64,000 nucleotides of DNA from Cenococcum geophilum. Its lineage: Eukaryota. This document shows, one piece after another, positions 26,001-40,379 of the stretch. A model generated the notes under the pieces. The model saw only the letters and a program-made list of their open reading frames with translations, was not told the origin of the DNA and did no database searches. Each line of letters begins with the position of its first letter. Positions within the stretch are counted from its first letter, which is position 1. A program made the position numbers and the translations under genes. Where the stretch lies: positions 22,258,001-22,322,000 of the forward strand of contig CP158635.1 of NCBI GenBank assembly GCA_050273025.1, given 5' to 3'.

Positions 26001-29000
26001 TCTAGTCCTAGTTAATAGATCTTAAGGATTAGTTCCTAAGTAAATAACTCCTTAAGTTCTTTAAATAATCTTTTTTATTTATTTCCCTAAACCTATAGTT
26101 CCTCTTTCTTTATAAGCCTAGTAAAGGGTTTAATATTCTTTAACTATTGTGCTATAAACCTTCTATAGTAGTTATAACCCTCTAAAAATAACCTTAACTA
26201 CGTTACGTTCTCTAGTTCTATAATAAATCTAATAAAATTAGTCTTCCTTATAAAGAACTTATATTTCTTAATTGCTACTAGCATCTATATTTCTTATAGT
26301 CTCTTTAAGACCCATTTAACGTACTCTCCGTACTCTTTCTTTGGTATTAAGTAGAAAATAATATTGTCGAGGTATACTATAATAAACTTATTAAGGTGCT
26401 CTCCTAATATACTATTAACTTATTTCTAGAATATTACGAGTACGTTTATAAGTCTAAATTGTATAACTAATGGCTTATATAGTCCTTCCTTTAACTTAAA
26501 GGCTGCCTTCTATTTACTGCCTTCCTTAATTCTAATCTGGTAGTACGCCTATCTTAAATCTATCTTTATAAAGATTTACGCATTACCTATCTAATCCTAG
26601 ATTTTGCTAACTAAGGGTAAAAGATACCTATCCTTCCTAGCAATACTATTTAACTATTTATAGTTAATATATAGCCTAAGTTTTCCGTTCTTCATTAGTA
26701 CGAATAGTACTAGATATCCTACTAATAACTATAATAGCCCAATATATCCCTTCCGTAAGTTTTCTTAGATAAACTCTTTAAGTGCTCTTAACTCTTCTTT
26801 AGTAAGCTTATAGATTAGAAAGAAGTTTAGACTTATTCCTAGTTCTAACTCTATTTTATAGTCCTATACTATATACTCTAACAGCTTTTTACTTTCTGGG
26901 CTCCATAGCCTTTTACTATACTTATAGTATCTTTTTAGTACGTAGGATAACCCCTTCTTAGTTTCCTTATATATCGCTCCAACTTAATACTATACTAACT
27001 TAGTTGCTATATACTTCTTATATTATTAAGTATCTTTAATATTAACCTAACCTATAACCTAATTAATTTTTAGATTATATTTCTATAACTAAGGTATACC
27101 TAATACTGCCTTATCCCGTCCTAATAGTAGGATATTAAAAGACATTTTAATTTATCTCCCTTTAATGGTTATCTAAATAGGTTCTGTTTTAAGGTTAATA
27201 ATACCTCCTCTATAGGCTATTAGATCTCCTAAAATCGTAACTAATAGATATAGGTGCTCCTTCTGTCTATAAGGTAATCCTATTTATTTTACTGCTACTA
27301 GTAAAATATAGTTCCTTATTACTCTACTATCTATTAGTACTTTAGACTATTAATTTTACTAATTAACTCGTAAATTTAGGTATTATTCTTAAATTCCTTT
27401 AAGGGTCTAAGGCTTTACTACTAGCTCCCTCTAGTTTTATAGGCCTCTACTTTTTCTAACTATTAGCTGCTTAATCCTTATATACTTAGCTTACTCTTTA
27501 GCTAATATCTAGTTCGCTTTTAATCCTTAATATACTATAGATATATATTCTCTAGGTATTCCTACTACTATTATTTATCTAAATATTCTTCTATAAGGAA
27601 TCTTTTTAATTAAAGTATTAAGTCTCCTAATCCCTAAACTTCTACTAGATGCTATCTATATATATACTTAGCATTCCTATACTATCGCTTATTGAGCGCC
27701 TAATATATTCTTATAGGGTACTTCGAATTTTTTATTAATTTTTTTTTAGATTTTGTATATTATATATATTATCTATATACGTAATCTATGCCAATATATA
27801 ATATGCTAGGTGCTTTAGGTTAACTCTTAGCTTATCTTTATCCTTAAGTTTAAACTTCTATCTAGTTAATCTAAATATTTATCTCTTATTCGCAGGTATT
27901 ATAATTTACCTTTTACTTTTCTAGTCCTCTAATATTTCTTCTAGATTTCTTAATATTATAATTAGTGCCCCTTTAATATAACTTATATGTTTTTCTATAA
28001 TTACTTAGTTTTAAATAACTTTTTTATCTAGCTATATATAAAAGTCTTTCTACTTATTATTACGCCGCTGCCTATACTACTTTTAGTATAGCACTATAAG
28101 CGTATACGATCTATCTATAAGGAAATATCTTATTATTACTGCGTTATTGCAACCTTTAGTGTGCCGTTCTTTAAATCTAGTTAGAACCCCTAAGTCCTCT
28201 TCTTATTTCAGTTCTTTAAGCCATTTTACTCTTAGCGTGCCTACTCTACGCCTATTAGTAATTTTTTATATAGGTACTCTAACCCTTAGTCTACCTAGTG
28301 TTCTTAACCCTTAGTAGCCTCTTTATTCTTACTACGCTTTAATTTAATTCTTAAATCCCTTTTAGTCCTCTTCTAGTTTACGTCTAGCTATAGAATCCTT
28401 TAGATCCTTAAACTTCGTAATTCTAGTATTAGTTACTTAACTCTAAAGCTAAATACTTTATTTACCTATTATAGGACTTTTCCCTTTATTGCGGAAGTCT
28501 CGGCTTCCTAATTATTTACTTTAATCTATCCTTATAAATAACTAGCTTATACTCTTATCCTTTCTCTAAAGTCTTAAGCCTTTAGCCTTTTACCTTTATT
28601 AAGTGCCGAAGTAGTTCGCTGTCCTACTTCTCTTACGTCTTATAAAGCAATAGATATTATATCTAGTAGAGCCTTAATTCCCACTACTAATCTGTCCTTT
28701 ATAGTGGATTCTACTTCTACTTATATTATAATATTACTAAGATCTATATGCTCTTAGTAAGCTGCCTTTATTGCCTTATTATTACTAAATATTTTACCTA
28801 TATTAAATTTATTATCTTTAATGTCTAATCTACGAGATAGTTCGTTAGTTCCTCTAAACTTTAGTAATTTTAGCTCCTATAGCTAATAGCTTACGCCGTA
28901 CTTAGCGTCTTTATAAATTTAGTATACGTTATTATAACAAAACGCAAAACTCTTAATTAAACACTCTTTAGTTCTTTACAGTACACTATTATCCTTCTAT

Positions 29001-30443
29001 ATATATATGTTAACTACTAGTCTAGTTCCCTTTACCGCGTAGTTACTCTAACTATCTTTATGGTTTCTAGCAAAATAACCCTATTTTCCGTAATTTATAT
29101 AAGCTCCTTCTTTAAACCATTTTTCTTATTATGGAGTCTGCCTAAACGTCTTCTTTTACTAAGATCCTTGGTTTGGCCTTTGCTTCTTAAACCTATAATT
29201 ACTTAATCCTTATCCTCTAGGTTTTTATAGTCATTTATTCCTATATTCTTTAGTACTACTTAGGTCTATTAGCTCTGCGCTATACTATAGTTTCTAACTT
29301 AGTTAATATATACTCTACGCCTTATATAACTATAAAACTCTATCCTAACCCTTCTTAGTCTGTTCCCTTTAGTAGATTCTATTATTAATCTTAATTACTT
29401 AATTAATTAGTTCCCTTAGGGTTTCCTCATCTTCTATTAGGATAATTACGTCCTAGACTTTCGCTTTAAGTCCTTATTTATATTATGCCATAAGCGCCTT
29501 ATTATTCCATTCGACCTATATTACTAACGTTTAGAATTATGTTATATACTTAATTACTAAAGTTCTCCATACCAGGTTTTAAAGCTTTCTTTTTACCATA
29601 GTAGTTACCTCCAGGTCTCTAAATATTTACGTTAAATATTCCGTAAACCCGTTTTAACTAGTAAATATATACCGTACCTCCTAATTAGTAGTTACTATGC
29701 CGTTTTCCTATACCTCTATTAGGTAGGGCTTAAACTACTTAAGTGCCCTTCCCATTAGAAATAATCCTGCGTAGGCGACCTGATCTATAAGTATTGCTAG
29801 CTTTACTCCTTCTTACATAACTTTAAAGTGCATTTACGTAAGGAATCCCTTAAGCTTTAACTTCTCCCCTAAGAATCGCTTAATGGATAATAGCTTAACT
29901 TTAGCTGCTCTAATCCCGTTAATCCTTTCTTTAAGTATTCTATTATTATCTGTTAATTAATTAACTATTTTCTATAGCTGTCTAACCGTAACTAGTTAAG
30001 AGTTAGTATTTGCTATACTGGTGTCATTACCTAATCCCAATATAGTTACTGCCGTTAACGCTGTCGTAACTACTACTTTTAGTAGCATATTATTTGACTT
30101 TGTTAATACCGTAATTAGGTAGTAAATATATAACGAAGCCTTATAGTAAGTACTACGGTAGACTTATTAATGGGCTAGGATAGATTAGAAGGGGATAAGG
30201 GGGACATTAGCAGGAAATATAGTAACGATTTAGATATATTCCTTAGTTCTATATTCTAAAACGCCGCAGTTATATAAAGACTCCTAGTAGAAGCTAAAGC
30301 GGTTTTATATAGCTTATAGATTAATAGATTTATTTATAAGGCTAGATTTAGCCCTTCGCTAGCTATAGGGCGGCTAGTAGCGGATAAGGATCTATATATA
30401 TTTATACTATAGGCACTTACGTTCTATTATAGGGTTAGTAATA
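23007..30443 (-). mobile_element. Ty3/gypsy chromovirus D (gag, PR, RT, RH, IN, chromodomain) with non-matching LTRs (23007-23426 and 30129-~30443)
   Basis: Reverse PPT at 23430-23441; chromodomain ~24200-24320; YLDD ~26365; protease LIDSGA ~27325; gag zinc knuckle ~29070-29105. The two LTRs share only ~50 bp (T(G)TAACGAAGCC...GCTAGG). Confidence 0.9.
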
Positions 30444-30699
30444 TTTTATCTATACTTCTACGCTTAGAAGGTTATAAACGTCGACTCTTAGAACCTACGT
30501 GGACTCTAAATACTTAGAAAGAGTGTAATGCCCTAGAATTTAGGAAAGGAGCGGGAAGGGTAAGTTACAGCTCTCCTTACTTTACTACCCTTACTAGTAT
30601 ATAGGTATATATTAGTGTATAATAATCTAATAACTTCTAAACTCCCAAACTATGTCCTAGGAACTTTAGTATACTGTCTTAGCCTTATAGTACTGTCTA

Positions 30700-31990
30700 A
30701 ACCTAATACTTAAGTAGGAGTAGTTTTATAGGATTTTGTACTAGTAGAGTAAGGATAATATCCTACTATAAGAAAACTATATAATAGATACTTAAGCATA
30801 ATACGCACTATTAGCGTTAATCTTATTATAGTAGGCTAGAGTATAGGCTGCAACAAAAATATCTCTTTAATAAGTTTTACTATATTAATAAATTCTTATA
30901 TATTATAGATAAAGGAAATAGTAGATTATCTACGCCCTATATAAAGGCGTGAATGGGTATATAGAAATTTCAAATCGTCTCTATTAATTACTAAATAGTA
31001 GGAGGGCTGTTATATTCTAGTAGTCTTTGTAGCTATATATATATCTTATAGATCTTAGTCTACTTATAGCTAGCATTTTAATCTTAAATCGCACCGCTAA
31101 GCTTAATATTTATTATGTAGATATTTGCCCCTAAAGTATATTATGTTTAGTACTAAATTAGGAAAATAGAGGGTTAATCCTCTAGGCGTACGAGCTAAAC
31201 GATAGAGCTAATATCGTTTACCATAGTAAAAGCTTCTTCTAGGTATAAACCCCATCCATTCCTATTATAAGGATAAAAACCTCTATTTAACCATATATAA
31301 TTTATTAAAATTATATTAATTTAGTTACGGGTATAAAGCTCCTCTACTTCCTTCTAATAACTATTTTCCTAGAGTAAGATTAAAACGCACTATTTGGGGG
31401 TGGCTTGGCTTTCTTAGCGGATATTAGCTTTATTACTACAGTTATTAAGGGTTAGTTCTAAAAATACCTATTAATATATTTTAGGCTGGGCTACTATAAT
31501 AGGATACCTCTAAATTTATTCTAGATTAGTTTAATATTCGCCTACCCTATTTACTGCGCTACTTTAAGTATTAACTATTAAGGTCTAATCCTCTATGGAT
31601 ATTATCGGATTATCTACAGCAGTTTCTTAGTCTAGGCCATTTTCTGCGCTACTTTAAATAGTATTTATCTACTCTGCTATAAGCGTTATTAGATTACCTA
31701 TAGTAGCGTCTTAGTTTAAGCCGTCTGTTAAGGTCTAACCCTCTATAGACGTTGGATTATCTATAACATCGCCCTAGTCTGGGCCATTTTCTACGCTATT
31801 TTAAGCGGTTATTAATATCTGCCCCTTTATAGGCATTGTATAACTATCTATAGTAACGTCTTTACCGAAAGACTAATTAATCCCTAGAGTAGGCGCTAAA
31901 TAATTATATAGTAGGCTAATAGTACTAATTCTAAAGAAAGTATTATAAATAGACTTTCTAATAAAAAATGATAAAATCCTATTTCCCGTA
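30700..31990 (-). pseudogene. 3' part of the DUF3723-type gene (downstream of the copia insertion)
   Basis: The minus frame at 31990 reads TGNRILSFFIRKSIYNTFFR (de-RIPed GISSFFVRKSIY.AFFG), followed by a low-complexity tail with a ~150-bp internal duplication and likely introns. The 3' limit is uncertain. Confidence 0.65.
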
Positions 31991-34900
31991 TATTGGTTAC
32001 ACAAGGGGGATATCACGTAGCTACGGTTCGTAGATAGTATGATAATTATTATTCTTAATTAATTAATTGATTCTAAGAAAGGGGTGAGGAACTTAAGGTT
32101 CCTTACTACGCTAGTGCCGCGGCGACACGTGACGGCAACTTGCCGCACGTAACGGCAACTTGCTATATATGGTGGCAATATGCCTTATATAGTAACTACT
32201 TGCCTTTATTCCCAACACTGGCAACTCTTCTTTTATAGTTGCTATCTATATATATATACTGCTTGACTAGCGTAACAAATATTAATCCTCCTTACTTACT
32301 ATTGCCATTATAATATAAGTCTCGCTATCCCAAAATTTGCCTCTTAGCACGTGGTGCTTTCTTACTTAGGAGTTGTAGGTAGATATCGTGTTCGGAGGGC
32401 CGCTAAGGCGTTAGTAGTAAGCAAGCTAATAGCGATTTTCCATCCCGGGGATAAAAAATCCTAATTAGCTGGATTAAGTTAGGCTCCCCCTCTAAAAAAA
32501 GTCTTGGCAAGAGAATCTGACCAATTAGACAACTTTAACCGCCGGTTAAAGTTCCTGGATATCTTAAGACCTTATATGACTAAGAAATTTCTAGGGACTC
32601 CCTTTTAACCTAACCTTTAACTTGTATACGCAGAGTATTTATATTAATGAACATCTCTAGTGCCTTATTTAGGTTCGCCTTCGTTATCGCATCTACTAGG
32701 TTATCTTAGCTATTAATCTATTAAATCTTAAAGAGTTCTTAACGCTTATAGGATTGCTAAAGTACCATAATATTAATTATAAGGCGCTTCTTTTTTATAG
32801 TACTAAGCTTAACTAAACACTTATAGAGGGAATATAAGTTGGTGTATATAATTATAGAAATAACAGGAAGTTTGAGTTAATCTATAATTATCTTTAGGGT
32901 AGTTCCAATTATAATTGCTATATTAACTCCGCTAACTATTCTATATATCTCTGACGCTAAAACACTTTGGGTAACGCGCTTACTCTTAGTTAAGCTCTAA
33001 TAAATAAGATTGCTATAGATTATAAAGTTATTCTCTTTAGTAAATTCGTTTATAATAATAATCTTATATCCTAACTAGGAGCTAAAATCTTTATTATTTA
33101 TAAACGATCTATTAATAAATATAAAGAGCTTAGTAGTAGGAAGATTAATAGGCATATAGAGTAGTCCCCAATTAAGATAGTTTATTTGCTAGGAAAGACG
33201 TTTATTTAGGGTAAGAACGTCATCCTTGGTTAGTTCCTAGTATTAGGTAGTAACAGAGAGATTAAATAAAGCCTTAGGTTGATAGATAGAAGCAATATAA
33301 GCTCTATAAGCGCATTACTCCACATATCCTTACTTTAGGGAATTAACATTAATAATATTAATCTTTTTACCTTAACCCTTCTGGCGCAAAGCAATAGAAT
33401 CCTTATTTAGGGAGAGGATATATCTATTAAAGAGTAATAGTATTATTAAATTAAGCTTTTCTTTTGGCTTTGCTATAAGATTTACCTTTACTAGCTTATC
33501 TTCTTTAAGAGCTAAGAATTGGTCGTCCCCTAAGATAATTATATTATTAGTTTATATGCCGACGATTCCGAACGGAGTTCCTATGGTTATAATGAGGAAG
33601 CAGGAATTAAATATAGAAGTAGTTATTAAAAGCTTCTCTTTATAGTGTTTGCTATAGGTAGCCTACTAGTAAGTTCCTGCCTCTATAATTCTATATAATG
33701 GCTTAAGCATAACTATAATCGTATCTTTAGGATACTAGTAGCGAATTTACTCCAGAAGGTATGCTAATATTAAGCGCTAAAGGTGCGTCTCTAATTAGGT
33801 GTAGGCTTAAGTAATATCTTATAAATAAACTACTATTCTATTCTTTATTAAGGAGGGAGCTAGCGTAATAATAACTCACTAACTAGCTCGTTAAATCGTA
33901 GGAGATTACGTAAGAATTACCTCCTTACTATTATTGTTATAACCTTAAATAATAAGCCTTAATTTCTTAAATAGGGCGTTAGTAGCTTTGCTTTTAATCT
34001 TATTAACCATTCTTAACTTAAAGATACGAACTTTATTAAACTTAATAGGGTTATACTTCTTAAATTTAAAGACTCCTCTTATAATAAGACCGTTAATCTC
34101 CTACTTATTAGATACTTAGAAAGGAGCTCCTAGGGTTATAATATAACCTTCCTTTTAGAGCTATTTTGCGAGCTTAAAGTTAGCCTTCTCTTTAGCTGTT
34201 ATAAAGGCCATTAATAACTTAACTCTATTCTTAATGGCAGTAATAAATTGTTCTTTAAAATTAATAAGATATTGGCGATTTCGTAATCCCTTCGGGTAAC
34301 CTCTACCGCGTTATGGTTATAGCGCATCTACTATAATTATATTGGGATTATAGTCGTCTTCTAGAGTACGTTAATTATAGTTCTCTTCTAGGGTATCTTC
34401 TAGGGCATCCTATAAAGGCTTAGAATTGTTATCTTTGTAGTAAGGCTTAATAATAGTTAAATGGAATTAAGTGGGTCTGTAAGGTATCTAAATAGTATAA
34501 GTTTAACTATTAATTGTAATAAGTTAATATAGGCCTAACTATTCTCTCTTTTTACGCTATACGTATACTTTAGACTGGATTGGCAGATTAAGCGTAGTTA
34601 AGGTATTTGGGCCATTTCTTATTCCTAGTGCGTTATTAACCTAGTATATAGCGTAGAGACGTCGCACTTCCTTTATTGCCTTGCGAATAGCCTTGGCTTA
34701 TTATATAATAAAGGGAGATAGTAAAAAATTATTAGTTATTTAAGGGTAAGCGCTAAAGACTAGTAACGTAGGTACGAGTCTATCTGGGCTAGCGGAATTA
34801 TTAATAGCTTTAATAGCTATTTATAAGGTAAGTTTTTCGCTAGTATTCTTTAGTTCTAAAGAGATAATCTTATATACGCGGTGTAATGGCGTGTAATATC

Positions 34901-37900
34901 GCTCTACTTTTTAATACTATTATGCGCCTTAACGGGGACTTCCTTAACCTTAATTACTATTGCCTTTATCTATTATCGGAACTCTATAGATAAGAAGTTC
35001 TTTTCTATATTATGGACGATTTAATTAGGGGGTCCTAGGTAGACATTAATCTAGTATAATAAAGGGTATCCTATGCGTTCCTAGCTAATATATCCTTTAA
35101 AAATCGTGCGGCTTAGAAGGAGGTTAAGAAGTTAATAACTTGGAGTACTGGCTTGCTGCTAAGATATATAATATTAACGATGATATAGAAGTTAAAGTCG
35201 TAGTTATTTTTAAGGGTAAACTTAAATCGGCCAGGGGACTTCTAGTTTATTTGGTAGTAATAGCAGTACTTTATAAGATGCTTAATTGCCTTAACTTTGA
35301 CTTTATAGCCTGCTTGCTAAAGAACCCTAAGCAATTAATAAATAGATAGGTGGCTAAAACAACGGTGTAGTTAGCGTAATTCTAACTTAGTTAAGTGGCT
35401 CTAAGCAATACTCTTTTCTAGTTAATAAAGGAGCAACTAGGGGTAACCCTACTTGCGTATAATAGGTACCCGATTGTCTCCCTAAATAAGTATATTCTTA
35501 AGGTTATTAAGCCTAACGCTTAATTTATTTATATCTTTAATGCAAAATAGAAACAGAGTGTTTATAGGAATAATATAGAAAGTAATGTATCCTAAGGGGG
35601 TTTGGACCCTAATTGTGCCGAAAGAGATTATAGTACCCTTGCTAAAACGAATTGTATATTGGCCTGCCGTTAAATAGTTAATCTAAATAGAGTTATTAAG
35701 CTGCTAAAGGGCTTAAACTTAAGGTTCTCCTACTATAGATACTCCTGCGGCTCTAGTATCTAGCATAATACTATAGAAGATATTCGCTAAGTATCTATCG
35801 TTAAAGGAGAATACGGAGCTCTCCTTTAGCTTATTAAAGATATCTAACTTTGTAATAGAATAGAGTATAGATTAGTTATTAAGAATAATAACGGTTTGTA
35901 TACTATTTACCTTACTATACTTAGTAAAGTATTAGTTAGGAGAGTAGTTCTTAATTTCTATATCTATAAGGAGCTATTTAGTCTTATTAACCTTACCCTT
36001 AAGATCTTTTACGCCTTTATATTGAACTAGGAAGCTTTAGAAGTAGGCCATAGTAACCTTATAATTTTTAACATTTCTTATACTTTAACGGAACTTATTA
36101 TATACCTCTTTTCGCTTATTAAGGGAGTGTCTAGTTAACTAGCAATTTGGCTTCTTATAAATATAGCACTTTTTCTAGCAATTACTTTAAAATAAACCTC
36201 TATAAGGACCTCCATAATTACCTTATAGTTAACATTAATTATACCCTTTACCGTATTCCCTACTACGGCCGCTATATGTTTAATTAGTCTAGTTATAATT
36301 ATATTAGTTAGGAATACTTAGTTGGGTAGGGCTTTTGGTATAGAGCTGTTAAGATTCTTATGTTCGCATTATAGTACCTACGGCGGAGTATAGCTTGGTA
36401 TATACTCCTTTAAACGTGTCCACAGGTTTATATAGCGCTAAGTTACACTTAGGAACGCCACGGCATGCTAAGATAACCTGGTCCCTTAGGCTATTCTTAT
36501 TTTAGTAAGTTTTGGTAAGTCCGCGTTAGATTTTCTAGAGTTTATTAAAGAGTAGTTAAAGGCACTCTAAATAAGTCTTTATTAGGTTAGAAGCAATAAC
36601 TCTCTAGAATATAGTCTCTCGCCATTCGGATATATAAAGTTAGCGATTTTTGTTAGTCTTAAAGTGGGCTTTAGTAAGCTAAAGTATTATATTAAAGCTA
36701 TAGTTTTTACCTATAATATAGTTATAATAGAATATTACTACCCGTCCCTTTAATATAATAGAGAAAGCGTGGTAGTACTAGTGGCATTAAATTTTAACCT
36801 TATTACAACAGTTATAGAAGACCTGTAGTTTTACTCTAAGTATATTATATAATTCTCCTCTAAACTTCTTCTCTTTATCTAAATATACCTTTATTAGATT
36901 TGTAACTTCTTATAATAAAGGGTTACTAGTTGGCTGGAGTAGAGGAGCTAAAGGTAGCGGAGGTAGAGGATAAGTACCTCTAGGTGGGAGAGTACCTCTA
37001 GGTAGAAGAGTAGCGTTCTAGGGGTTTTATTCCGAATTAAAGTTGCCTTTTAAAGAATATAGGTTGGTTTTAGGTTTCCGTAGTTAATGTATAATCTTAG
37101 CTTCCGTCTATACTAGTTCTTTTATACTAGTAATAACGGCCTAAATATTGCTAGTAATTAGGTTACTGTTTTTAGTAATATATACCCCGTTTCTATAGAG
37201 GAAGTCTTAAAAATCCTAAATAATATTAACATTACTAAGTGCCTAGGTATTAGCGGTCTATCCTGTAAAATCCTCCCTAAAATATTCCTACAGCTGTATA
37301 TTAGCGTAGTGTCTACTTTAGTAGAATATAATATAGTGTAGGAGAAAGCTATTAACTTGTTTTATAGTATAAGTTGTTATATTAAAGGTAAATTCGTCCT
37401 AATTTTTATTAATGAGTTTCGCGTATAAAGCTACCCCTAGTGATAAGGAGTCTTCCCAATCGTTTAAAGTAGGCGTAGCCATGTTTTTGGAGGGAGGGAA
37501 GTATTATTAGTGTAGGGATTGTCGTTTGGTACGCGTTCGTGATATGTATTTATCATTTAGTACGCGTTTGTCATTTGGTACGCGTTTGGACGTGTATTTG
37601 CGATTATAGGGCTTAGGACTAGTTCTGGCCTTAAATTACGAAGACTCGTAAAGCGTGTTATTCTGCGTAATGGACGCAAGAATCCGTAATCTTAGAAAGG
37701 CTTAGGACCAGTTCTGGCCTTTTAGATCCTTAGATTCGTAGAAGAGTTCTATTTAAGATTTAGGACCAGTTCTGACCTTAAAAGACAGCTTCCTCTAGCA
37801 CGAGTAGCACTGGTACAGTGGCTCGTCTCTTCTTAGTAATACCTAGCTGTTCTGTGGTATAACAGTGAAGTTAACCACTAATTAGTATTGGTTATATAAG

Positions 37901-38112
37901 GGGGATATTACATAGCTACGGTTCGTAGATAGTATAATGATTGTTGTTTTTAATTAATTGATTAATTCTAAGAAAGGGGTAAGGAATTTAAGGTTTCTTA
38001 CCACGCTAGTGCCGCGGCGGCACGTGACGGCAACTTGCCGTATGTAACGGCAACTTGCTATACGTGGTGGCAATATGCCTTATATAGTGACCACTTGCCT
38101 TTATTCTTAACA
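31991..38112 (-). mobile_element. Full-length Ty1/copia element E (GalEa-like) with 227-bp LTRs and TSD CGTA(T)
   Basis: LTRs 31991-32217 and 37886-38112 (T(G)TTGG...CCAACA). RT motifs LYGIPEAGTHW (~33690) and VGMQTDD (~33550); RNase H IRWI.G..N.ADA (~32710). CT(G)AT(C)AGT palindrome sits next to the 5' LTR. Confidence 0.92.
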
Positions 38113-39874
38113 CGTATCTTCGCTAATCTTATTTTATATATTCTAGAAATAGGAACTACTAGTTATTATTATAGGTTTTCTTAAAGAGCTGCCTATATTA
38201 CGGTAGGATATCCTCTCCTAGCCTATCTACCACCAATAAAGGGTTTAAAGTTATGTTTTCTATTTTAATAGCAGTTTTAAATATATTACGTATCTGCTTA
38301 GTTAGGTCTTTAATACTATTAGGGTATCTATAATATTTACAATCCCTAGCCGTTAGTAAAGTATTACAGGCAATTTTATTATCTATATTTATTAGCCGCA
38401 ACCTATAAATTTCTAATAACTCAAACCCTAATCTATAGGCCGATTTGCCAATACTATACCATAACTAGGGATTAGATTTCCTTAGCTATAGGGTCTTTTA
38501 CCTATCCTCTTTCTTAGTAGGATCTAGTATTATATCTAAGGCGTATTATATAGCGTAATAGTATAGATATAGATATCCGAATTTGATTTAACTTATACGG
38601 TCTCCCGTATATAATTTAAAAGAGGATTTATTAATCTAGAGGCTGACCTAACTATCCATTTAGTTAACTCTAGAATAGGTATACTCTACTACTTTATAAA
38701 TAGAGTATTTAGAGCGTCTCTTAGGCTCTATAAATTGTCTCTATATAATTAAAGCGGGACCTCTAATATATTTAAGATCTTGCTAGAAGAAGTAAATTAT
38801 AGGGATTAGATATAGGATAATACCCAGATTCCTTAATATTTCCTCATATTATCTCTTATCCTAGACTTCTTAAAAACTTATCCTTCCTATATTAATTACG
38901 TAAGTAGATTTAAGTCGTTCTTAGATACACCCGGCGCCCTTAGTTAAAGTTACTCTACTATTTCTATGTCTATTAAGCTTATTATTTCCTTATTCCCACC
39001 TAGGATTTTAACCTAAGTAGTTAAGATAAACTAAATATAATTTATCGCTAGCTGCTAAACGTTAGAGATTTCTAGCTAAGAAGCTGTTATTAATTACTTA
39101 CCTTATTAACCTTTATAGCCATTATCTTATATAGCGTCCTAATATTAAAGGCGGTCTAGGGGCTATAGATAATAAGGAGACTGTTAAAGTAAGCGCAGAA
39201 AGCATACTTATAAAATCGTTTTAGAATATCTTTCTTGCACTTAGTAAGGCGAGCCCACTATTAAAACTCTACAAACTTATCGCTTAAGGACGTATACTCT
39301 TTAATATTACGATAGATTACTCTATCTAAAAAATTTATTAAATTTAAATATTCCTCCGCTAGTGCTCTTTTTACCACCACGCTTAAATCAAGAATTACAT
39401 TAATAACAGCCTAGAAGGGTAATGGTCTCTTTACGTACCTTTTAGATATAAGTCCACAATCCACCGTTTTTCTATAGGATTTAGCGTTATATATTCCTTT
39501 ATAGTCTAGATACGATATTTACTATTAAGACATTTAATACACGTATTAGGGGGGGATTTAAGCAAAGGCGGTAGCTCTTCTAGATTATCTAATAGTATAT
39601 CTCAGGTCGTATCACTATTACTACACTTAATAGCTTAGTTAAGTCCCCTAATATTAATTATAACAGGCATAAAACATTCTAGTGGCTCTTTACGCAGGCA
39701 TCCCTCCTCTTTAAATATCTCCTTAAGTCTCTTTACATTCTCTCTATTAATATATCTTATATGCTTAGGAGAAAAATAAAGTACTTTAAGCATAACACGG
39801 GCCTTTCCCCTAAACTTTAAGGCCTTTTCTCTAGATATAGCTCTCTTATAATTTCCGGCTTCGCTTTACCTTAT
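38113..39874 (-). pseudogene. DUF3723-type gene (typical Starship cargo), 5' part, RIP-inactivated, with introns
   Basis: As read: FRGKARVML..ENVKRLKEIFKEEGCLR..CLNSKYRI..RWIVDLY, intron GTACGT at 39438, LAEEYLN..DRVIYRNI..WARL..IRTLYKIMAIKVNK, intron GTAAGT, ..LRAPGVS..YRLGFE. This matches my recollection of the DUF3723 consensus. Confidence 0.8.
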
Positions 39875-40379
39875 ATTACTATTAATTAGAAAAGTTGTAG
39901 CTGTCTAAAGTATAAGTTAAGATATTTCTAAATACTAGTAGATTAGTTTTCCAGCCAGTTATTATATAAGGCCAATTTTTAGTCCCCTAGGCTCCTTAGG
40001 TCTCGTTTCCGCACCTATATAGGTTTTTTTAGTAACATCTACCTCTATTACCTGCTCTAGTCGCTTTAAATTTACGAAATATTAATTTATATCTCTTATC
40101 CGCCTTAGCTAAAGAAAGTTTATATGATTTTTCTTTTACTATCCTAATATAAGCTTAACGCTTAGAATGTTAAAGCGTAATATAATCTTTCTAAGTAGTA
40201 ATAGACATCGCGTACCTTTAAACTTAAAGAGGTCCTATTACCTTAACTCTCTATAAGGGCCTTTAGGCGGTAGATAAAAGTGTAAAACGTATACGTATAA
40301 TAATAAAAGGCAGTGCAGAGTTAGGACTTTTAGATTTTCGCCTTCTACTAAAACAAAATACCTTAAAGGACAATAATAA

